Assembly (NCBI GenBank): GCA_049513915.1
Contig: JBEKVN010000013.1
Span: forward strand, 78,265 to 142,264
Length of the DNA stretch: 64,000 nt
Source: Candidatus Aminicenantales bacterium
Lineage (GTDB): Bacteria; Acidobacteriota; Aminicenantia; Aminicenantales; Saccharicenantaceae
Direction of reading: 5' to 3'
In this document: positions 1 through 7,130 of the stretch, piece by piece
How the letters are laid out: each line of letters starts with the position of its first letter
Numbering within the stretch: position 1 is the stretch's first letter
The notes under the pieces: model-generated
Told to the model about the DNA's origin: nothing
Databases searched by the model: none
The model's input: the letters and a program-made list of their open reading frames with translations, nothing else
Translations under genes and position numbers: made by a program

Positions 1-1015
1 CGAGGCCGCCTTCGGGGCCGGGGTGGTCTTCGAGGCCATCAACGAGAACTTGGACCTCAAGGTCAAGCTCCTGGGACAGATCCGGTCGCGGCACGCGGGC
101 GACCCCTGGTTTCTGACGAACACGTCCTCCATCCCGATCCACGAACTCGATAAGAAGGCGGCTCTCGGCGGCCGGATCATCGGATTCCACTTCTACAATC
201 CGCCGGCCGTCCAGAAGCTCGTCGAGCTGATCCGGGCGGAGACGACGCTCCCGGAACTGGCCGATTTCGCGGCCCAGTACGCGAAAAAACTCAGGAAAAC
301 CGTGGTCCCCTCGCGGGACGTCGCCGGCTTCATCGGCAACGGGCATTTCATAAGGGATGCGCTCTACGCCGTTTCTGAAGTCCAACGCCTGGCCGGGGAC
401 TTCGGCTTCGCCGAATCCGTCTATATGGTCAACAAGGTCAGCCAGGACTTCCTGATCCGCCCCATGGGCATTTTCCAGCTCATCGATTATGTCGGCCTCG
501 ACGTCTGCCGAAGCATCCTACGGGTCATGAACGAACGGCTGGCCGGCGGTCATCTCCAAAGTTCGTTGATCGACAGGTTGGTCGAGATGGGGATCACGGG
601 CGGGCAATTTGCCGACGGATCCCAAAAGGACGGCATCGTCAAGTACGAAAAAGGGCGGCCGGCGGGCGTTCTCGATCCTGACAAAAGGCTCTATGTCTCC
701 TTCGCCGACATCGCGCCGCGCGCAGACGGGCGACTCGGCGACCCGCCCTCCGCCGCCAAACCCTGGAAAACCGTCATCCAGGTTCCAAACCGGACGGCCT
801 ACCTCGACGGCTATTTTCGTGAGCTGGCCGCGATGAGAACTCTGGGCGCCGACCTCGCCAGAAGATACGGTCTTAAGTCCAGGGACATCGGCCTCGGGTT
901 GGTGAGGGACCGGGTCGCCGAGCGCGAAGAGGACGTCAACACGGTCCTGCTGACAGGCTTTTATCATGCCTACGGCCCGGTCAATCGCTATTTCGACGGA
1001 GAGGATACGCCATGA
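1..1015 (+). CDS. 3-hydroxyacyl-CoA (3-hydroxybutyryl-CoA) dehydrogenase, 5-prime truncated at window edge
   Basis: Reading frame is open to base 1. NAD-dependent HBD-type motif IGFHFYNPP and a C-terminal dimerisation-like region. Stop overlaps the next start (ATGA at 1012-1015). Confidence 0.75.
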   Translation, partial: EAAFGAGVVFEAINENLDLKVKLLGQIRSRHAGDPWFLTNTSSIPIHELDKKAALGGRIIGFHFYNPPAVQKLVELIRAETTLPELADFAAQYAKKLRKTVVPSRDVAGFIGNGHFIRDALYAVSEVQRLAGDFGFAESVYMVNKVSQDFLIRPMGIFQLIDYVGLDVCRSILRVMNERLAGGHLQSSLIDRLVEMGITGGQFADGSQKDGIVKYEKGRPAGVLDPDKRLYVSFADIAPRADGRLGDPPSAAKPWKTVIQVPNRTAYLDGYFRELAAMRTLGADLARRYGLKSRDIGLGLVRDRVAEREEDVNTVLLTGFYHAYGPVNRYFDGEDTP

Positions 1016-2259
1016 ATAAACGCCGGCGGAAAGTCTTCATGACGGCGGGATATCAGACAATCGCCCTGGGAACGGGGCGGAAGGAATTCAATCCCACAAC
1101 GCCCCGGCCCGGACTCGAGGACTATATCCGGGAGGCGGGCCAGGGGACACTGAAGCAGATCGGAGGCGGGGCAAACGTCGACGAAGGCGTGATCAGCAAT
1201 TTTATGGCCGCCCGCTTCAACCGGCAGGGCAACCTCGCGGCCCTGATCCCTATGATCGACGAAAGCCTGCGCTGGAAGCCCTCGACGCGCGTCGAGGGCG
1301 CCTGCGGTTCCGGAGGACTTGGCCTTATCACCGCGATCAAGTCTGTGCTGGCCGGCACCGCCGAGGTCGTCCTGACGGTCGGAGTCGAAGTCCAGAACAC
1401 GGTCAAGGCGATCTACGGCGCGGACATCCTGGCCGGTGCGGGCTGGTACCGAGGCGAACGGAAGACCGGCCACGCCTATTTCTTTCCGTCTCTCTTCAGC
1501 GACCGGGCCGGGGCTTACTTTGAAAAATATGGTCGGGACAAAACGCGGAGGGCCTTCGCCCGATGGTACCGGAACGCCGTCGAGAACGCCCGGCTCTGCG
1601 AGACGGCCCAGGAATTCCACAACGCGTGCGAAGACCTCGAGACGCTGGGCCTGACCGAGCCGAACCCGCGGAACTTCGTCGACCACCTCAACGTTTACGA
1701 CTGCTCCAAGGTCTCCGACGCGGCGGCCGCGATCGCCGTCGCCTCGGAGGAGGGATTGAAGCGCTGCGGTATCGCCGGGAAGGACGCGGTGGAGGTCTTG
1801 GGGTGGGGCCAGGTCGAGGCCGATCTGACCATGCCTCCGGCGGACCTGACCGAGCTCGAGACTTCAAAACGGGCCGTCGAGAAAGCCTTCGAATCGTCGG
1901 GGGTCCGCCGCGAGCAGCTCGGCACGGTGGAATGCCACGACTGCTTCACCATCTCCGGACTCCTCTCCGTCGAGGCCATCGGCTTCGCCGGGAAGGGCGA
2001 AGGGCCGGACTATGTTCTCGAGGGAAAAACATCGCGCGGGGGGGAGATCCCCTTCAACACGTCCGGAGGGCTGATCGGCTGGGGGCATCCGACGGGCGGG
2101 ACCGGCGTGCGCCAGGCCGTCACGGTCTGGCAGCAGCTCACGGGGAGGGCGGGCAAGTGGCAGTTGGAAATCTCGCCGAAGAAGCCCTATGCGCTCTCCG
2201 TGAACATGGGCGGGAACGACAAGACCGTCGTCGCCGTCGTCTACAAGCGGGCGGCCTGA
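1012..2259 (+). CDS. thiolase-family acetyl-CoA C-acyltransferase (SCP-x/archaeal-type thiolase)
   Basis: 415 aa. Gly-rich thiolase core (EGACGSGGLG) and a C-terminal GWGHPTGGTG motif like GHPLGATG of nonspecific thiolases. Translationally coupled to the upstream dehydrogenase. Confidence 0.7.
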   Translation: MNKRRRKVFMTAGYQTIALGTGRKEFNPTTPRPGLEDYIREAGQGTLKQIGGGANVDEGVISNFMAARFNRQGNLAALIPMIDESLRWKPSTRVEGACGSGGLGLITAIKSVLAGTAEVVLTVGVEVQNTVKAIYGADILAGAGWYRGERKTGHAYFFPSLFSDRAGAYFEKYGRDKTRRAFARWYRNAVENARLCETAQEFHNACEDLETLGLTEPNPRNFVDHLNVYDCSKVSDAAAAIAVASEEGLKRCGIAGKDAVEVLGWGQVEADLTMPPADLTELETSKRAVEKAFESSGVRREQLGTVECHDCFTISGLLSVEAIGFAGKGEGPDYVLEGKTSRGGEIPFNTSGGLIGWGHPTGGTGVRQAVTVWQQLTGRAGKWQLEISPKKPYALSVNMGGNDKTVVAVVYKRAA

Positions 2260-2317
2260 CCCGGCGAGGATTTGGGCCGCTGCCGGGGCTCACGTCCCCG
2301 GACTCCCGCGAAGGGGA

Positions 2318-2346
2318 TTGAATTCCCGCCATCCTTTTTATATACT
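2318..2346 (+). promoter_or_regulatory. sigma70-like promoter TTGAAT-17-TATACT upstream of pta-like gene
   Basis: -35 TTGAAT at 2318-2323, 17-bp spacer, -10 TATACT at 2341-2346, about 35 nt upstream of RBS AAGGAG and the ATG at 2382. Confidence 0.4.
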
Positions 2347-2381
2347 GCTTCCTTTCTTAACCTCATGAAAAGGAGTCATCC

Positions 2382-3359
2382 ATGGCGAACACATTCATCC
2401 AGGACATCCGTCATAAAGCCGCGAAAAAGTTCCTTAAGGTCGCTTTCCCCGACGCCGAGGACGTGAGGACGCTGAAGGCCGCCCTGATGCTCAGGGACCA
2501 GAAGATCGCCCAGCCCTGGCTCGTCGGGAACACGGAGGCGATCCTCAAAGTCGCCAGGGACAACGGCCTCGCGCTCGAGGGCATTCCGATTATCAACCCG
2601 GCCGCCGACGGGCACAAGGACGAACTCGTCAAGCTGCTCTTCGAGAAGCGGAAAGCCAAAGGCTGGACGCTCGAACAAAGCGCGGAAGCCGCCCGGACGT
2701 CCCTCTACTACGCGGGCCTGATGCTCGCGACGGACAAGGTGGGCGCGGTCGTCGGCGGCAACATCTCCTCGACGGGCGACGTCATCCGGGCCGCCATTCA
2801 CACGGTCGGCACGGCGCCCGGGATCGCCACAGTCTCGAGCTATTTCATCATGGTCTTCCCGGAAAGGCTCTTCTGTTACGCGGACTGCGCCGTCGTCTGC
2901 AATCCGACCGACGCCCAGCTGGCCGACATCGCCATCACGTCGGCCAAGAATTTCCAGGCCGTCACGGGGCAGGAGCCACGGGTGGCCATGCTGTCCTTCT
3001 CGACCAAGGGGTCGGCGACGCATGCCGACATCGACAAGGTCGTCAGCGCGACGAAAATCGCCAGGGAGAAGGCGCCGGCGCTCCTCCTCGACGGCGAGAT
3101 GCAGGCCGACGCGGCCCTCGTGGCCTCGGTCGGGGAGCGGAAGTGCAAGGGCAGTCCGGTCGCCGGCAAGGCCAACGTCCTCATTTTCCCGGACCTCGAC
3201 GCCGGCAACATCGGCTACAAGCTGACCGAGCGCCTGGCCGGGGCCGAGGCGGTCGGGCCGATCGTCCAGGGCCTGAACAAGCCCTATTGCGACCTCAGCC
3301 GCGGCTGCTCGGCCGACGACATGGTCAACGTCGCCGCCATTTGCAGCCTCATGGCGTAA
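2382..3359 (+). CDS. pta: phosphate acetyltransferase / phosphate butyryltransferase (Pta/Ptb family)
   Basis: 325 aa with Pta/Ptb family conservation (C-terminal SRGCSADDMVNVAAI-type motif). RBS AAGGAG present. Confidence 0.75.
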   Translation: MANTFIQDIRHKAAKKFLKVAFPDAEDVRTLKAALMLRDQKIAQPWLVGNTEAILKVARDNGLALEGIPIINPAADGHKDELVKLLFEKRKAKGWTLEQSAEAARTSLYYAGLMLATDKVGAVVGGNISSTGDVIRAAIHTVGTAPGIATVSSYFIMVFPERLFCYADCAVVCNPTDAQLADIAITSAKNFQAVTGQEPRVAMLSFSTKGSATHADIDKVVSATKIAREKAPALLLDGEMQADAALVASVGERKCKGSPVAGKANVLIFPDLDAGNIGYKLTERLAGAEAVGPIVQGLNKPYCDLSRGCSADDMVNVAAICSLMA

Positions 3360-3385
3360 GCGCATTCGAACTCCCCGTCTTCCGG

Positions 3386-3415
3386 TTGACTTTCCCGGCA
3401 GGCCTCAAATATAGT
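3386..3415 (+). promoter_or_regulatory. sigma70-like promoter TTGACT-18-TATAGT upstream of ACD gene
   Basis: -35 TTGACT at 3386-3391, 18-bp spacer, -10 TATAGT at 3410-3415. Confidence 0.4.
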
Positions 3416-3454
3416 AATCCTTCCCCGCAAGGGACATCTTAAGGGAGCCAGCGC

Positions 3455-5590
3455 ATGTCATCATCTTCCGTCAACTCAGCGAAGTTCAAGATCCTGGACG
3501 GCCTGTTGAGGCCGAAAACGATCGCCGTGGTCGGCGCTTCGGGCACGCCGGGGAAACTCGGCTACACGGTCCTCAAGAACATTCTCGCCAACGGATACAG
3601 CGGCACCGTATACCCCATCAACCTCAACGACCCCGAGATCCTGGGCCTCAAGGTCTACAAATCCGTCCTGGACGTCCCGGGAGAGATCGACGCGGCCATC
3701 ATCTGCGTTCCGGCCAGGTTATGCGCCCAGGTCACCGAAGAGTGCGGAAAAAAGGGCGTCAAGGGCCTGATCGTCATCACGTCCGGTTTCAGCGAAATCG
3801 GCCGGAAGGACCTGGAGGAGGAGATCGTCCGGATCGCCTTGAGGTATGGGACCCGAGTCCTCGGGCCGAACATCGTCGGCATCATGTCAAACTCGGACAA
3901 GCTCAACGCCTCCTTCGCGCCCTTCCTCCCCTTCCCCGGCAAGCCTTCGCTCGTTTCCCAGAGCGGGGCCCTCATCGTGGCCATGGACGCCGCGACCTAC
4001 TTCCGGCGCGTCGGCTTCGACAAGATGATCTCGGTCGGCAACATGGCCGACGTGGACCTCGCCGACTGCATCGAGTGGCTCGACGCCGACCCGAACACGA
4101 CCTGCATATCCCTCTATATCGAAGGCCTGAAGAACGGCCGGCGCTTCATCGACGCGGCCCGGCGCGTCCGGACGCCCGTGGTGGCCCTCAAGGCCGGGGT
4201 TTCCGCCCACGGCGCGGCGGCGGCGGCCTCGCACACGGGGTCCCTGGCCGGGGCGTCCAAAGTCTACGAGGCCGCCTTCAACCAGGCCGGGATCGTCCAG
4301 GCGGTGGACCTGAACACGCTTTTCGACCGCAGCCTCGCCCTGTCACTCCAACCGGCCATGAGGGGCGACAACCTGTTCGTCCTGACGAACGGCGGCGGCG
4401 TGGGTGTCCTCGCGACAGACGCGGCCGAACGCTTCGGGGTCCCGCTCCAGTTCGCGCCGCCCGACCTCCAGGCCGAGCTTCGCAAGCATATGCCCGAATT
4501 CGGCTCGGCCAAGAACCCGGCCGACCTGACCGGCATGGCCGGAAAAGACTGGTATTATGAATGCGTCAAGGCCATCCTGGCCCATCCCTGGGTGGACGCC
4601 CTGGTTATCCTCTACTGCGAGACGTCGCTCACGGTCCCCATGGAGGTCGCCCAGGCCATCCATAAGAGCATCCTGGATTCGGGCGTGACCGATAAGCCGG
4701 TGGCCATCGCCTTCGTGGGCGGCGAGCAGTCGGAGGAATGCCTGCACTGGTTCATCGAGAAGGGTCTCCCGGCTTACGAAGTGCCGGACAAAGCGGTCAA
4801 CGCGGTCGCCGCCCTGCGCGAGTACTCGAGGATCCGGTCCCTGGTCACCGAGATCCTGCCCGAGCCCGGCGGCAAGTCGCCAGACCAAGCCAGAGAAGTT
4901 ATCGCCGCCGCCCGCGCCCAGGGCCGGACCGTCCTGACCGAGGTCGAGGCCAAAGAGGTCTTTTCCGCCTATGGGCTCCCGGTGGCCGCGACGGTCCTGG
5001 CCCGAACCGAGGACGGGGCGGTCACGGCGGCGAAGAAGATCGGATACCCGGTCGTCATGAAGATCGTCTCGCCCGACATCATCCACAAGTCCGACGCGGG
5101 CGGGGTCAAGGTCAACATCAAGGACGACGGCGGCGCACGCTCCGCTTACCGGGCCATCATGGCCGCCGCCAAGACCTATAAGGCCGACGCGGACATCCAC
5201 GGGATCGCCGTCCAGCCGATGGCGCCGTTCGGGACCGAGGTCATTCTCGGCTCCGTCGACGACCCGAGCTTCGGCCCCACGGTCATGTTCGGGCTGGGGG
5301 GGGTCTTCGTCGAGATCCTCAAGGACGTGACGTTCCGGGTCGCGCCCGTGTCGTCCACGCAGGCCGGCCGCATGCTGGAGGAGATCGAAGGCGCGCCGAT
5401 CCTGGCGGGGGCGCGGGGTGAATCGCCCAGGGACCGGGAGGCGCTCATCCAGCTCATCATGGCCTACTCACGGATGATCCTGGACCTCGAGGACGACATC
5501 GCCGAGTCCGACGCGAACCCGGTCTTCGTGTACGAAAAAGGGAAAGGGCTCGCAGTCGTCGACGCCCGGATCATCCTCAAGAAAAAATAG
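3455..5590 (+). CDS. ADP-forming acetyl-CoA/acyl-CoA synthetase, fused alpha+beta (NDP-forming, ATP-grasp)
   Basis: 711 aa. N-terminal CoA-binding/succinyl-CoA-synthetase-like region (IAVVGASGTPGKLG). C-terminal ATP-grasp beta domain (KEVFSAYGLPVA, VVMKIVSPDIIHKSDAGGVKVNI). Confidence 0.8.
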   Translation: MSSSSVNSAKFKILDGLLRPKTIAVVGASGTPGKLGYTVLKNILANGYSGTVYPINLNDPEILGLKVYKSVLDVPGEIDAAIICVPARLCAQVTEECGKKGVKGLIVITSGFSEIGRKDLEEEIVRIALRYGTRVLGPNIVGIMSNSDKLNASFAPFLPFPGKPSLVSQSGALIVAMDAATYFRRVGFDKMISVGNMADVDLADCIEWLDADPNTTCISLYIEGLKNGRRFIDAARRVRTPVVALKAGVSAHGAAAAASHTGSLAGASKVYEAAFNQAGIVQAVDLNTLFDRSLALSLQPAMRGDNLFVLTNGGGVGVLATDAAERFGVPLQFAPPDLQAELRKHMPEFGSAKNPADLTGMAGKDWYYECVKAILAHPWVDALVILYCETSLTVPMEVAQAIHKSILDSGVTDKPVAIAFVGGEQSEECLHWFIEKGLPAYEVPDKAVNAVAALREYSRIRSLVTEILPEPGGKSPDQAREVIAAARAQGRTVLTEVEAKEVFSAYGLPVAATVLARTEDGAVTAAKKIGYPVVMKIVSPDIIHKSDAGGVKVNIKDDGGARSAYRAIMAAAKTYKADADIHGIAVQPMAPFGTEVILGSVDDPSFGPTVMFGLGGVFVEILKDVTFRVAPVSSTQAGRMLEEIEGAPILAGARGESPRDREALIQLIMAYSRMILDLEDDIAESDANPVFVYEKGKGLAVVDARIILKKK

Positions 5591-5595
5591 CCGCC

Positions 5596-5677
5596 TCTAT
5601 TTCGGTGACACACAACTAAATACACTAATTAGGGACCTGTGCCTATTTCGGTAATTAGTTGTGTGTCACCGAAATTG
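5596..5677. repeat. AT-rich palindromic intergenic element, family A copy 1
   Basis: Perfect 20-bp inverted arms TTTCGGTGACACACAACTAA (5600-5619) and TTAGTTGTGTGTCACCGAAA (5655-5674), plus an internal direct repeat CTATTTCGG. A second copy lies at 21895-21975. GC is far below the window average. Confidence 0.6.
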
Positions 5678-5693
5678 AAAGCTGCCCGGCCGA

Positions 5694-6566
5694 TTACTTA
5701 CAACAAAGGTTGTATTTCTTGAGCAAATGGTCCGGCTGATAGGACAGCTTGGCCTTGCGCAGCCCCGGCACGCCCACGTCCTGCTCGCGGTTGATGAAGC
5801 GGAAGCCGGACCACTCGCGGCGCACGAATTCGCGGTTGATCCATTGGGCCAGGCCGGGGAAGGCGGGGTTGGCGATCTCGATCTGAATGAGGGCCGTGTC
5901 GTCGGTTAGCGGCGTGCCGATGGTGAAGGCCTCGACCCTCCCGCCTACGGACACGACCGCGCCCGCGAGGTCGAGCTTCTCGAAGAGGAGCAGGGCCTCG
6001 AGGATGGCTTCCTTTTCGGCCTTCATGTACGGGTCGCCGTTGCCCTTCTCCTCGAACCACTGAGAGAGGAGGCGGCGGCAGTCGTCGGCGTGTTCGCTCC
6101 GGAGCCGCTCGTAGGCGTGGGCGAACGTGGACTCGAACTTCCTGATGCGGTTGCGCTTTCCGTCGTACTTCTTGCCCTTGAGCTCCGCCAGGTCTTCCCG
6201 AAGATAGACGTAATCGAAGTTGTCGCGGTCTTCCTCGATCTTGTAAGGGGCGCCGTACTGCCGGACAAAAGCTTCGGGCACGCGGGACAGGCGCGGGGCG
6301 TGGGTTAGGCAGGTCTCGATCGTCTTTTCGATTTCGTTCTCACCTGCCGGCGGCAGAAAATAGGCCGGCTCGAACGTCGGCTCGACGAGGATGCAGAGGT
6401 TCCCGTTGAGGGCCGTGTAGCGGGGACGCTCGGAATCCTTCCAGATGAAGATGTTGGGGAAGCTCATCTCGCAAACCCCGGACGGGTTCACGTCCAAGTA
6501 CCGATTGACGAGGTCCCGGTCGTCGAAGCCGAGAGGTTTGAATTCGGGATATAGCGGAGGATTCAT
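5694..6566 (-). CDS. DUF2156-family protein (MprF C-terminal-like aminoacyl-transferase fold)
   Basis: Conserved DUF2156-like sequence. Likely start is the ATG at 6566 (MNPPLYPEF), which overlaps the GNAT stop in an ATGA arrangement. The ORF track extends to 6617. Confidence 0.6.
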   Translation of the reverse strand: MNPPLYPEFKPLGFDDRDLVNRYLDVNPSGVCEMSFPNIFIWKDSERPRYTALNGNLCILVEPTFEPAYFLPPAGENEIEKTIETCLTHAPRLSRVPEAFVRQYGAPYKIEEDRDNFDYVYLREDLAELKGKKYDGKRNRIRKFESTFAHAYERLRSEHADDCRRLLSQWFEEKGNGDPYMKAEKEAILEALLLFEKLDLAGAVVSVGGRVEAFTIGTPLTDDTALIQIEIANPAFPGLAQWINREFVRREWSGFRFINREQDVGVPGLRKAKLSYQPDHLLKKYNLCCK

Positions 6567-6976
6567 GACACCTTTCTCACCATGACGGTGCACAGCCGCG
6601 CGTCGCAGCCTTCGCACCAGGCGGTCTTCCGCTTTTCGGGGAACGTCGCGGGGATTTTCCGGGCCTTTTCAAAGCCGCACGTCTTGAAGAAACCCGGGAC
6701 AACGGTCGCCAGGTAAACTTCGCCGGAGGCCGCGTCCATCAGGGCCTCGACCAGGGCCTTGGCGAGGCCCTTCCCCCGGTGCCCGGGGTCGACCCCCAAG
6801 GCGCAAAGCTCCAGGCAATCGGTGTGCTTCTTCAAGCCCACCAGGCCGACCACCCGGCCCTCGGCTTCCGCCACCCAGAGATCATCCCTCTCTATGCCGG
6901 GGTAATCCAAGCCCAGGGTCCGGGCCAGTCCGACGGCGAGGGGGACGTCTTCCGGGACGGTTTTGCGGACGCGCAT
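6563..6976 (-). CDS. GNAT family N-acetyltransferase
   Basis: 137 aa with acetyl-CoA binding motif (GVDPGHRGKGLAKALV). Stop overlaps the start of the downstream DUF2156 gene. Confidence 0.7.
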   Translation of the reverse strand: MRVRKTVPEDVPLAVGLARTLGLDYPGIERDDLWVAEAEGRVVGLVGLKKHTDCLELCALGVDPGHRGKGLAKALVEALMDAASGEVYLATVVPGFFKTCGFEKARKIPATFPEKRKTAWCEGCDARLCTVMVRKVS

Positions 6977-6985
6977 AAGTGTTTC

Positions 6986-6994
6986 ATTATACCA
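6986..6994 (-). promoter_or_regulatory. extended -10 element TGGTATAAT on minus strand about 9 nt upstream of GNAT start (possible leaderless/short-leader transcript)
   Basis: Minus-strand reading of 6986-6994 gives TGGTATAAT. The GNAT ATG is at 6976 with no Shine-Dalgarno in between. Confidence 0.3.
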
Positions 6995-7071
6995 GAATCC
7001 GGCCCGTTAAACGATGAACGCGAGCCCCCGGCCCAAACGATTGGAAGCTCGGGCATCGGCCCAGCTTTTCG

Positions 7072-7101
7072 TTGACAGCGCTCCCGGGGATTATCTATAG
7101 T
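7072..7101 (+). promoter_or_regulatory. sigma70-like promoter TTGACA-18-TATAGT upstream of BNR-repeat gene
   Basis: -35 TTGACA at 7072-7077 and -10 TATAGT at 7096-7101. Divergent from the GNAT promoter. Confidence 0.4.
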
Positions 7102-7130
7102 TGTACTTCGCGATCTCCAGGAGGTGAACG

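Noticed and set aside
1563-2321. 252-aa Arg-rich plus-strand ORF overlapping the thiolase gene in another frame
   Set aside because: Extreme Arg/Gly/Pro composition typical of an off-frame reading of GC-rich coding DNA. The thiolase frame has family motifs.
5596-5677. CRISPR array interpretation of the family A/B/C repeats
   Set aside because: Each family has only two copies tens of kb apart, with no regular repeat-spacer periodicity and no cas genes in the window.
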